From the NCBI GenBank assembly GCA_963840455.1, contig CAWIYV010000011.1, forward strand, positions 96,001 through 160,000: a stretch of DNA of 64,000 nt. Direction: 5' to 3'. Origin of the DNA: Nitrospirota bacterium (GTDB lineage Bacteria; Nitrospirota; UBA9217). The notes beneath the pieces were generated by a model, which worked only from the letters and a program-made list of their open reading frames with translations, was not told the DNA's origin and made no database searches. This document shows positions 33,480-43,100 of this stretch, piece by piece. Each line of letters begins with the position of its first letter. The first letter of the stretch is position 1. Made by a program: the position numbers and the translations under genes.

Positions 33480-34091
33480 CTATTTCCTTTCCTTCATAGT
33501 CCCGTAGACGAAGATGTCCACGATCTCCCGGACCTCGCGGTCCATTTTTCCCTTTTTCGTGATGTCCAGCCCCCGCATGATCTCCTCGGAGCGGAAGTAG
33601 GCCACGAGCATGCTCAGAAAGGTTCGGGCGCCGGCCTCGGGTGATATGTTCCGGAGCCTTCCCTTTTTCCGAAGCGACAGGAAATAGTCCGCCAGGGTCG
33701 CCCGGGTCTCGTCGATGGTATCGTTATAGATCTTCCGGATCTTGCCGGGATAATGGTTCGCCTCGGAGAACATGATCTTGATGAAGGACTTCCGCTCCTT
33801 GAGGGTGAGCAGGAACCGCGTCGCGACGGTCCGCAGAGCCTCATCATAGGGAAGTTCGTCCAGCTGGGGCCGGAGCTCCTTCAGCCGCGGCAGGAAGGTG
33901 TACTGGCCCAGCATGCCCTCGAAGAGCTTTTCCTTGGAGCCGAAGTTCCGGAAGAGCGTCAGCTCCGAGACCCCGGCCTCCCGCGCGATCTCCCGCGTCG
34001 TCGCGCCGAGGTAGCCTTTTTCCGAGACGAGCTTCATGGTGGCCCCGAGCAGGCGCTCCCGGGTGTTCAGTATGGTGGATGTCTTAAGCAT
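33480..34091 (-). CDS. TetR/AcrR-family regulator
   Basis: KGYLGATTREIAREAGVSELTLFRNFGSKEKL; first gene of the efflux operon. Confidence 0.93.
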   Translation of the reverse strand: MLKTSTILNTRERLLGATMKLVSEKGYLGATTREIAREAGVSELTLFRNFGSKEKLFEGMLGQYTFLPRLKELRPQLDELPYDEALRTVATRFLLTLKERKSFIKIMFSEANHYPGKIRKIYNDTIDETRATLADYFLSLRKKGRLRNISPEAGARTFLSMLVAYFRSEEIMRGLDITKKGKMDREVREIVDIFVYGTMKERK

Positions 34092-34134
34092 GTAAGTAGG
34101 CACTTACTATACTGTGACCCCGGATGGTTGTCAA
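34092..34134 (-). promoter_or_regulatory. Sigma70 promoter with overlapping palindromic operator GTAAGT-N4-ACTTAC
   Basis: TTGACA(34134-34129)-17 nt-TATAGT(34111-34106); perfect 6-bp inverted repeat at 34092-34107 over the predicted +1. Confidence 0.75.
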
Positions 34135-34170
34135 GGTTAAATCAAGGGCAAGAGCATCTTCACTAGTATG

Positions 34171-34207
34171 AAAAAAAAACGGGCACCACACCTCGGGGTG
34201 ATGCCCG
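34171..34207 (-). terminator. Intrinsic terminator after the ThiF-family fragment
   Basis: CGGGCATCAC...GTGGTGCCCG stem followed by T9 on the minus strand. Confidence 0.8.
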
Positions 34208-34238
34208 CCTGACTACAATATATAGAGGCCCCCGCGGT

Positions 34239-34772
34239 CTACATTGCGCCGTTCCCGCAGGTCGGGCAGTCGGGGTCCTTGCGGATCTTGTTCTTCTTGA
34301 AGTCAGTGGACGCCCCTTCCCGGACGAGAAGCTGCCCTTTCAGGGGCGATCCCGTGCCCGAGAGGTATTTGAGCGTTTCGAGCGCCTGGAGCGAGCCGAT
34401 GACCGCGGGCGTCGCACCGATGACGGGAAAGACCCCCTTCGGCGGCGCCTCGGGGAAGATGCAGCGCAGGCAGGGCGTCTCCGGCGACTGGATGAACCAG
34501 TTCCGTCCGTCGATGCCCCAGATGCTGCCGTAGACCAGCGGGATCTTCTTGCGCCGGGCCGATTCGTTCAGGAGATACCGTGTCGGGAAGTTGGCCATGC
34601 AGTCGAGGATGATGTCCGCGTCGCCCACCAGTTCGTCAACGTTCTCGGCTACGATCTTGTCGGCGAAGGCCGTGATCATGATGTCCGGGTTCAGCCGTTC
34701 GAGCGTCATCTTGCCCGAGACAGCCTTGTTCGTGCCGATGCGCGTGTGATCATGCAGGATCTGGCGGTTCAG
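34239..34772 (-). pseudogene. 5'-truncated ThiF/MoeB/HesA-family adenylyltransferase
   Basis: Homology starts abruptly at LNRQILH; GxGxxG N-terminus missing; PCLRC and CPTC zinc motifs kept. Confidence 0.8.
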
Positions 34773-34930
34773 GGGGATATTTTTTCACTTGACTGCGCCC
34801 TTTAAATGGGTGACCTCTAAATGGGTGTACATGAACGCGCGGGTAAGCTCCATGCTTCTCTAGGAAGAAACTATCAAGATACCAAAGCCTTGAGCAATTA
34901 GAATGGAACGGCCCTCCCATGACGTTTTGG

Positions 34931-35827
34931 TCAGAACGACCGAGGACATGTCTGGCCCATGCAAATCAATCGCTCCTTCCCTATGACGGTGAGCGCAACA
35001 CCTCCGATTATGAGGACCGTGGCAATTACAAGACGTAGCGAGATGCTTTCTGAAAGAAAAATCGCCCCTCCGAAGGCTGCAAAGACAGGGACGGACAGTT
35101 GCACGGCAGCAGCCCGCGTTGCTGTGAGTCCCTGCAGTGCAGCATACCAGACCAGATAACCCACGCCCGAGGTAAGTGAGCCCGAGATGAAGGCCAACAA
35201 AAAACCCTTCGGCGATACATGCATCTGAGAAAGCATAGCAAGACTGACAACAAGCACGAACGGCACTGTACGGAGAAAATTACCCGCTGTCATGGCAGCA
35301 GGGTCCTTGATGCCCCGGCCTCGTAAAGAGTAAACGCCCCATCCGATCCCGGCAATAGCCATAAGAGCCGAACCTCCTGGTGACGGTGCTGCAAGCCCCG
35401 GTACGACGAGGTAAATAAGGCCTCCCAGCGCGAGGGACAGTCCCATCCACTGCAAAGCATGTGGTCGTTCACCAGACCAAAGCCCGTAGAGTATCATGGT
35501 CAATTGGACGGAGCAAAAGAGAATGAGCGCTCCAGTTCCCGCGCTGAGCCTAAGGTACGCGAAAGAGAATGCAGCAGCATAAAGAAACAGCATGGAGGCC
35601 GACAACCATGTACCACCACGGTGATTTGATGCTGGGCGGTTTTTTGCAATGCGTATCAGCGCCCAAAGAACCACGGCGCCGGAGATCAGGCGGACAGCAG
35701 TAAAACTTGCCGCATCTATCGCTGCGGCCCCAAGAGCCTTTCGACACAAAATCGAGTTTGCCGCGAAGGCCACAAGAGCGGAAAGCGTAAAGACTATGGT
35801 CCGAGAATTGTCGTTCATAGCAAACAT
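34931..35827 (-). CDS. DMT/EamA-family transporter
   Basis: AFAANSILCR, AGTGALILF, SGVGYLVWY, VQLSVPV; about 10 TM. Confidence 0.92.
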   Translation of the reverse strand: MFAMNDNSRTIVFTLSALVAFAANSILCRKALGAAAIDAASFTAVRLISGAVVLWALIRIAKNRPASNHRGGTWLSASMLFLYAAAFSFAYLRLSAGTGALILFCSVQLTMILYGLWSGERPHALQWMGLSLALGGLIYLVVPGLAAPSPGGSALMAIAGIGWGVYSLRGRGIKDPAAMTAGNFLRTVPFVLVVSLAMLSQMHVSPKGFLLAFISGSLTSGVGYLVWYAALQGLTATRAAAVQLSVPVFAAFGGAIFLSESISLRLVIATVLIIGGVALTVIGKERLICMGQTCPRSF

Positions 35828-35989
35828 ACCACAGAACTTCCGTTGCGTTTATTTCCTCTGCTTCTCATTACAGCAGAAGGGGATTTATGAAGGCACGACA
35901 ACAGATTCAACATGAAACATGCATCTCGATATGTCAGTCAAAGACAATAATTCCAGGAAGTTGTATGCGCTCGTATCATTACATGATGA

Positions 35990-36139
35990 TCAGGTCTTTT
36001 TTCTTCGGTCCTTGTTGGTCCTTCTCTCATTGCCGCTTCTCCGCTCCGGGCCCTTGTAGTTCGGATCGCTGCACACCCGCCGGTCACTGCCTAATCTAAT
36101 CATGTCGATGTTGCAGGCCCTGCGTTCATTCGAAGCCAT
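35990..36139 (-). CDS. 49-aa arginine-rich microprotein with ERR/DRR repeats and a YKGPERR motif
   Basis: GGAGGGG RBS before ATG 36139; NERR, SDRR, YKGPERR, NERR, KDRR. Confidence 0.6.
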   Translation of the reverse strand: MASNERRACNIDMIRLGSDRRVCSDPNYKGPERRSGNERRTNKDRRKKT

Positions 36140-36363
36140 GGTCCCCTCCACCCATGCCGCCGTTTTTTTAGATTGAGGAAATCGCATATTTGGGGTCACC
36201 TGGAATGCTGATATATTCGCATATCCAGGTTGAAATATGCATTTTTTAATAATTTCATCGCCTCACAAGTTCACGAAGTACATTTCATCGCGACCGGGAA
36301 AAATATATCCGAAGTTACTATTACGATAAAGAACACTGGGTGCATATCTTCCCGATATGGCCA

Positions 36364-36525
36364 TTGAAGCTCCCCGCAGCAAGCGGCGGGGAATGCGCTC
36401 GCTCCTGGATTTAAGCTCCCTACAACGAACTGCATGGAGCTTCGATCCTCAAGGTTGAACTAATTATCCTAATCGCTCACTAACCCCGCAGCAAGCGGCG
36501 GGGAATGCGCTCGCTCCTGGATTCA
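36364..36525 (+). repeat. Dispersed hairpin repeat, composite copy D with an internal 40-bp direct repeat
   Basis: CCCCGCAGCAAGCGGCGGGGAATGCGCTCGCTCCTGGATT at 36372-36411 and 36484-36523. Confidence 0.88.
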
Positions 36526-37386
36526 TTACCGGCGCAGTTTCACCCGCGCCTTTTTCACCATGGCATCGGGGACATAGGATGACTTGAAGATGCGCAGGTT
36601 CTCCTTGTCCAGGTCCTGCTCCAGGTTCAGGTACTTGTACTTGGGCGGCAATATCTTCGCGAAGTTGTTGAACATGAACTGGTAGACGCCTTTGAACTTC
36701 GTGAGCGCCTTGGCGAAGTGAAGGACATAGGTCTCGTCATTGACCTCCTCACCCAGCACGAACCCCGCGGGCTCGCCCTCGGCGTAGTACATGCCGCCGC
36801 ACAGGACGAGCTCTTCATACCGGTCGATCGCTTCGCGGCAGGGGCCGTAGTCCGTCTGCTCCGCATCGAGGCCCGTCTCCACAAGCCATCCCTCGAGCAC
36901 GGCGCGCGCCTGGTCCAGATGCTCGTTGGTCAGCGGACGCGCTTCGCTGGTGTACAGTTCGTTGAACTGCTTCAGCAGGTTCCTTTTCTTGTGGAGTCTC
37001 CGCCCGGCATAGGTGCTCATCTTCTCGACCGTATAGAGATAGTCCGCATCGCCTTCCGCGAAGGTAATGTCGAACCCCTCGGGGCTGAAGGCCGACAGCC
37101 ACGCTTCCGGGATGGGGAACAGGAAATCGACGCCGTCCATAAGTGCCTTGAGGACCGCGACGTCCAATGTCCGCACGTCCACCGTGGGCATAAGGTAGAC
37201 GTGCCCGTCGTACGTACGGCCCCTGATGAAGACCTCCCCGTCGATCATCACATCGTAATCATGGTTCTTGCGGAACAGATAGAGGTTCGGGAAGGTGTAT
37301 TCCGAGAGAGGGACGGTGATGTTCTTCAGGCGCTGGGGAGAGAAGGTCCTTGTGCTTGAGGCTCGAGCTTTTCGATCTGCATGCAT
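36526..37386 (-). CDS. DUF2156 / phosphatidylglycerol lysyltransferase C-terminal-like protein
   Basis: LSEYTFPNLYLFR, ADYLY, GRRLHKKRN, LHFAKA, LNLEQDL...LRIFKSSYVPD; 5' end may be frameshifted. Confidence 0.85.
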   Translation of the reverse strand: MHADRKARASSTRTFSPQRLKNITVPLSEYTFPNLYLFRKNHDYDVMIDGEVFIRGRTYDGHVYLMPTVDVRTLDVAVLKALMDGVDFLFPIPEAWLSAFSPEGFDITFAEGDADYLYTVEKMSTYAGRRLHKKRNLLKQFNELYTSEARPLTNEHLDQARAVLEGWLVETGLDAEQTDYGPCREAIDRYEELVLCGGMYYAEGEPAGFVLGEEVNDETYVLHFAKALTKFKGVYQFMFNNFAKILPPKYKYLNLEQDLDKENLRIFKSSYVPDAMVKKARVKLRR

Positions 37387-37483
37387 TTACTATAATGGAT
37401 GTCGTCATTTTGTCAAGACCTAACAGGGACGCACCGGGAGTAAGGCATGGACAGGTGAAGGATCACCAGGCATGGTCGCAGAC

Positions 37484-37514
37484 GAAAAACCCACAGGAGC
37501 GGAAACCTGTGGGT
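37484..37514 (-). terminator. Intrinsic terminator at the left edge of the eCIS region
   Basis: ACCCACAGG-tttccgct-CCTGTGGGT followed by TTTT on the minus strand. Confidence 0.75.
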
Positions 37515-37725
37515 CCTATGGTATTGCGAAAATAACTGCAGCCGAAATGTTCAAGGCGCACACTCCTTCTTGATCAATCCGAGTTCTTAGTTTCTCACGA
37601 ACCTGTCCTTGCCGCAAACCAGAATACAAAAACTCACTGCAGTAAAACAAGTCAACCGTCGCCGGCTGTTCATAAATAATATATGGCGTGCTGCAATTAT
37701 GTCATCCTTCATGTATGTCATGCTT

Positions 37726-37983
37726 TTACAGGGGATTCTCAGGGGGATCTTCTTCAATTTTTTTCGGCCTTCCACTTACCTCAATGTTCACCGAGAACCC
37801 TTTCCATGTCTCGGGTACGTGTCGAGTTACGGCGCTCTGCCTGTGCTCCACGTACACTACCAGTGCCGGGCGGCCGCCTTCGTCCGCAGTCACTCCTGCC
37901 CCAATGAAACCGGACTCTTTCGCCAGCAGCTTGACGATCTCCCGTTTTGCACTCAGTATCTGTGAAGCGCTCCTCTTCGGCAC
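37726..37983 (-). CDS. 85-aa protein resembling the N-terminal domain of the adjacent protease
   Basis: GGGGGAG RBS + GTG at 37983; GFIGAGV...ALVVYV...VPETWKGFSVNIEVSGRPKK. Confidence 0.7.
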   Translation of the reverse strand: MPKRSASQILSAKREIVKLLAKESGFIGAGVTADEGGRPALVVYVEHRQSAVTRHVPETWKGFSVNIEVSGRPKKIEEDPPENPL

Positions 37984-37999
37984 TGCGTGTACTCCCCCG

Positions 38000-39037
38000 T
38001 CAGGTAGCGATCCGAACTTTGAATCTTGTGAGAATCCGCTGGATCGGGATTGCGAACGTGACAAGATCGCTTCCGGCAAAAAGAAGCGCAACCACCTTGC
38101 CTTGGGAGTCCACGATGGCCGACCCGGAATCCCCTGCCTTGCTGAAGGCTCCGTCAGTACCCTTGACGACGATCACATCATCCACGCGCACCATCCCCTG
38201 GTCGTATTCAATATCAAATATATCAGAATTCACCGCCCGCACAATGCCTTCGGTCAATCCTGTCGTCCTGCCGGACTTCCGGACTGTCATATTCAATTGC
38301 GGCTTCCCTGCGCCGGAAGGAGTTCCAATGGCAAGTATGCTTCGGTCTACTGCAATTCCCGCACTGAACTCGGCGATTGCCGCGTCCATCCAGTTCCTGC
38401 GGTTATCGTATTTAAGGGTCACGAACCGGGTCAGCGTCGCGACCCGGTCAGCATTCCTGCCGTTGTCAAGGGTTCCCGGCTGGACCACGCCCGCCCCGAT
38501 GGGAGCCAGGTTTTCGTCAGCCAATACGTGGTTGTTGCTCAATGCATACAGTCGTGAGTGGTCCTTCCGATCCATCACAACAGCCCCCAGGGTACCTGCA
38601 AAAGAATAGTCCACGGCATCATAGTCCAGACCAACGGACACACCTCCGGTCACCGGGCGATGGCGATTTCGCTGATCGATCGCGAACTTCTTCGGATATC
38701 CGATGCCTTCCACGTCCGTCGGAAAACCGTTGACCTCTCCGGGTATCTGCTGATTTCGGCCAACGCGTCCTTTCGGATATTTTTTTGCCACAAAGACCTT
38801 GACGCACATCTCGCCCGTGGGCTTCCCTGCGGTCGTCTTCTCCCCAATCCCCAAGCCCACCACGTTCACCCCGACGGCAGGCTGATACCGCTTCGCCTTC
38901 CGGAGCGCGCGGGCCTGAGGCACAGCCTCTTCAATGCGAAGGAATAGCCTGTCACGCAGATTATTTTTTGCTGCGATAAAATCCGCCGAAATCCCCTGAT
39001 GCAGGGGATTTCTCAACTTCTGATCCCTTTTTTTCAC
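38000..39037 (-). CDS. Trypsin-like (Nal1-type) serine protease without a signal peptide
   Basis: Catalytic triad SNNHVL / MDAAIA / GDSGS; KSGRTTGLTEG; GGAGG RBS + GTG. Confidence 0.88.
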   Translation of the reverse strand: MKKRDQKLRNPLHQGISADFIAAKNNLRDRLFLRIEEAVPQARALRKAKRYQPAVGVNVVGLGIGEKTTAGKPTGEMCVKVFVAKKYPKGRVGRNQQIPGEVNGFPTDVEGIGYPKKFAIDQRNRHRPVTGGVSVGLDYDAVDYSFAGTLGAVVMDRKDHSRLYALSNNHVLADENLAPIGAGVVQPGTLDNGRNADRVATLTRFVTLKYDNRRNWMDAAIAEFSAGIAVDRSILAIGTPSGAGKPQLNMTVRKSGRTTGLTEGIVRAVNSDIFDIEYDQGMVRVDDVIVVKGTDGAFSKAGDSGSAIVDSQGKVVALLFAGSDLVTFAIPIQRILTRFKVRIAT

Positions 39038-39079
39038 TATAGCAACCTCCTTTTAGTATCCTGCTTTGCCTGAATCTCC

Positions 39080-39386
39080 CTACTTTCGCGCTTTCTCCAT
39101 AAGCCAGCAAATCAGCGCCCACTGGATACCAAGCGAGCCAAGAGATGACCAGTGCGGTCAGGAAATAGTCCAACAGCCACCATCCACCGAAGAGCCTCGG
39201 ACGATATACGGCAACCAGCTCAAAGGCCACCCAGTAGCCAAAGCAGTAGCCGCAGGAGAGCAGCTCGCCCCAGAATGCGCCTCTCGTTTTCACCCGCTCC
39301 CGCAGCAGCGCCAATAGTTTGGTTTCGGTTATCGTGAACGAGAAAGATGCAGTTACGAGTGATAAATATATTATGCGTTCGATCAT
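39080..39386 (-). pseudogene. DUF1360-like membrane protein with an apparent +1 frameshift near the 3' end
   Basis: GELLSCGYCFGYWVA; removing one T after WLA gives GIQWALICWLMEKARK* with TAG at 39080. Confidence 0.65.
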
Positions 39387-39538
39387 TGCGTCTTCGTCAA
39401 CACCCTCTTCGGCAGTGGACAATGGGCGGAAGCATGTATCGTCGCGTCCAGATCTTAATTATCATCTAACGATCCTGCCCTCTTTTCATTTTTACTGAGA
39501 ATCTTCTAAGGATTTTGAGTGAATAGATTATTTCATCT

Positions 39539-40132
39539 TTATTTCCTCGGATACACTTGTTCCCTGCTTATCAATGTATTAATTACCTTATGATCGCCCG
39601 ACGCCGCTTTAAATGGCTCCTGGTGTTTATAAATAGATCTGCCATCCTTCCCTGTTACAGAAAATATTATTTCCTGGTCTTTTATTTTTTCTAAGCTTTG
39701 CTTATTAAAAGCAACAGCAAAGTATCCGGACGCATCGCTTATGACAGCTTTGTCATAGGCTTTCACCCCTTTCACATTGGAAAAGAACACTTGCATACCC
39801 TCAATGCCACGACCCCATTCATCGGCGATCCTGCCGTGGATGACCATGGTGTCTTCGCTCATATCATGGGGGCTGATAGTCATCAATTCCATCTCCGCTT
39901 CTAATAAATTATCCAATTCGAGGTTTAGTTTTAATCCTAATGTCATTTCCTTTATAGCCGGATGATTTTTATCGATTTTCTTTAACTCGTAAATTTCTTC
40001 TTGTATTTGAATGTGCGAGGCTATATTGAGCGTCTTCAAAAGATTCAAAGCATTTAAATTTATTTCATCGGCTTCGTCGAAGGAGTCTCGCAACTCGTCA
40101 ATATATTTGTTTAGAGCAGTATTTTTTTTCAT
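39539..40132 (-). CDS. Hypothetical protein: helical N-terminus + carboxypeptidase-regulatory-like (Ig/TTR) domain
   Basis: VIHGRIADEWGRGIEGMQV...SDASGYF; starts a few nt after the DUF6519 stop. Confidence 0.75.
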   Translation of the reverse strand: MKKNTALNKYIDELRDSFDEADEINLNALNLLKTLNIASHIQIQEEIYELKKIDKNHPAIKEMTLGLKLNLELDNLLEAEMELMTISPHDMSEDTMVIHGRIADEWGRGIEGMQVFFSNVKGVKAYDKAVISDASGYFAVAFNKQSLEKIKDQEIIFSVTGKDGRSIYKHQEPFKAASGDHKVINTLISREQVYPRK

Positions 40133-40136
40133 AATA

Positions 40137-43100
40137 TTAATCTCCTGACATGGCCATTCTTAAACGAGATATCACAGACAATTTGTTTTCAATTTCCGCT
40201 ATATCTTTTTTTAGCTGTTCACAATACACAGGAAAAAGAACCTGATTTCCGTTATCAATGCGTTTAGTTCCAGTCACAATAATACAATGATCTCCCTGAT
40301 TATGAGTGGTATTATTTACCAGCGCCATCGTCAGCAAAGATATATATATTTCCGCCTCTATTGCCCTGGCCGCAACGAGCCCCACTGTATAAAGGGACAT
40401 AACTTTTGCTGTTCCCGTATCCTGGTCTTTCGCCATACCCTTTATGGCTTCCTTGAAGCGACTGTCAGCTGCTCTGACCGTCAACATCCCTTTCAACCAT
40501 GTATTGCCCTTCATAGTCGAGTCATAATCTAGAACATCGGACTGATTTCCATGGAAACCAATGTCATCAGAGGAGTGAATGATCTGAGAAAAGCGGCATC
40601 TTCGTGCAAGGTCTAGAATTGTATGATTGTTGGCAAAGAGAACATGTCCGCTTTTCCTCGAAGAAGATCGGATAGTTTCGATGTATTCATTGCCATTCAC
40701 TCGTGCAGAAGGGTTTACTGATGATGCTGGCTTCTGCAGAGGAGGTGCATCTGTAGTCGATCTGCCTGCGTTCAGTATAAAAACCGCACCCAGCCCGCCT
40801 GTGCTCGGATCTGACATGACGGTATGTAAATAATTGTCCGTAACGGAGACCGCGCCGATCGCTGTGATCATGAGTGTGCAGCCAATTGGCTGCTGCACGG
40901 TATTATTATGTATACTGATTGCAGGCATTATATCGCTCACTGAGACCTGCGGAACATACGGCAGTTTTTCATCGGGCTTCGTTGGTGCTGATGTGGTCCC
41001 GGCAGCGCTCGCTGCGGCCGCACGATTAGACATTGCTTTTAATTGATAATCCTCTGTTCTTACAGCGAGAGAATCCGATAATTGAGCAGCCGCTGTTTCG
41101 AGGGCAATTGCAATAATCCCCCCTCGGAGGGCCGGGTAATCCAGACGTAATTCTCCGATCAGCGCTCCATTCGCCGCAAGCACATTTCCAACTATATCTA
41201 TGTACGTACCCAGGATCAACATGCCGTATACAGGTTCCTTTGTAGTCGTGCCGTTTTGAAGGATCTGATTGTCCTTCACGATGATGAAAGTGCACCAGCC
41301 CAGAGAAATTGGCCCGAACCCGAAGTTTCGCGGTTTTCTCCGAATATCCATGGTGATCGGCGAATTGACACATCCGGTAATCCTATTTAACGTGATACTA
41401 ATATTGGATAGCCGGGGCAGTATTTTGAGTATTCTTGAATTCGGATTGGAAAGATAGAGCATTGCCAGAGAGTACTTGTTCTGGGGCGTTCCGATCCCAC
41501 AAAGCCCCATATTAGTGATTTCATTGTCAGTGATGTCCACCTTTTGGATTGGGGCCTTGATTTTTTCCGGCTCGTTTTTTCCTTCGCTTCCCTCGAACTT
41601 CTTCAGGGTTATCTTGTATTTGCAGTGAGCTTCATCAATTAGTTTCTTTTCAATGTGTTTAATAACCCAACCTGGAGATAATATGGAGACCGTAAACTCA
41701 CCGTCGGCATTAATAGTATCAAGCCGCCCATCTTCATGAGATAAAAGCGAATGTTGCCCTGCGTCGTTCTTGAACGCAACTGCGATGCTTTCCAAGGGAT
41801 TTCCGCGCTCATCTACTACTTGTACATAGGTGTATTTATAGAGCTTAATTACCTGTTCCGGTGCGCCATCTGTAGTAATCTCAATCTCATGCCCCAACGA
41901 TATGCCGTTTCCCGCTCCGCCGATTATCTTATTTGAGCATATCTTAACGTTTTTGCTTCCGCTGTAGACATGGATGCCCCCTAATGCCTTGTGCATTTTT
42001 TCTTTGGGCAGCACGGCCATCGCTTCGGCATTCCAGAGCGCCTTAGCATATCTTACAGCCCCTCGAATATGTCCATACACATCCTCGACATTGGCGCACG
42101 GGTTTGCAGGGTCTTCTTCACCCGGCTCGATGACGCCAGGCGGTGTACTTTCAGCTGGTATAACGCCAATGTCGTTTCCTTCAATCAAAACATCACGCCC
42201 CATAACATATATGGCAACGCCTGCACCTTCTTTATCAAGCATTCTGATCACATTATGATGAATCTTAATCTGTGAACCACTGAAGGTATGGATGGCACAA
42301 TCAAACGCAAGAATTCTGGTATGACGGATTTCAATATCACGCAAGAATAACCGCATAAATTGTAGTTTCCCTTGTTCGGGTCCTTCCATAAGGACCGCCT
42401 TCCCTCCCATGGCAATCATCTCAACCTGTTCCACCAGGATTCCTTGCGAATCCACGATGTAAATTATTGGTTCCGTAAGGTGTCCACCGCGGGGAATAAT
42501 CGTTGTCCGGTTACCACATCCTCTGATGGTAATATTTCGCTTTCCTTTTATATGAACATTTGCCTCGTGAACCCCTGGCATCAAGCAAATCTCGCCTCCG
42601 GTTGAGGGCAGGTGCTTGAGCGCTTCTTCGATAGAATCAAAGTCTCCATGGCTGGTTTTTCCATCGCCCACGGTGAGACTGCAGCAGCCCTGATACTGCG
42701 TAAGAGGTCTGAACCTCTTACGGCAGTCTCGGGAGACTTCACCAACCATGGTCTTGCCATCTTCCCTCGGCGACCAGTGTATTATTGCAAGAGGCGCATA
42801 GAAGCGGCGGACACCTTGAGGCGACATCCCTTCCTCGAGTCGCCAGGGAACAACCTTATTTGGTGTTTCAGGACGTGCTGCAATGATCCAGTGATCACCG
42901 GGCAATCCACCCCTGCCAGACATGGTGATCATCAAGCCTGTTTTACCGAGACGAACTTTAGTACCGGGTGAATAAGGTATCTTTGGGCTCGATTCCAAGT
43001 CCGCGCCCCGATTCCACACCCTCATGTAGAAATGGTCATTGCGTGAAGATGCGATCCATTTACGATCAAAATTCGATGGTAAAGGAGTTTCGATGACAAA

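Noticed and set aside
36364-36525. CRISPR array suggested by the 40-bp direct repeat
   Set aside because: Only two units, the intervening DNA belongs to the same dispersed element, and there are no cas genes
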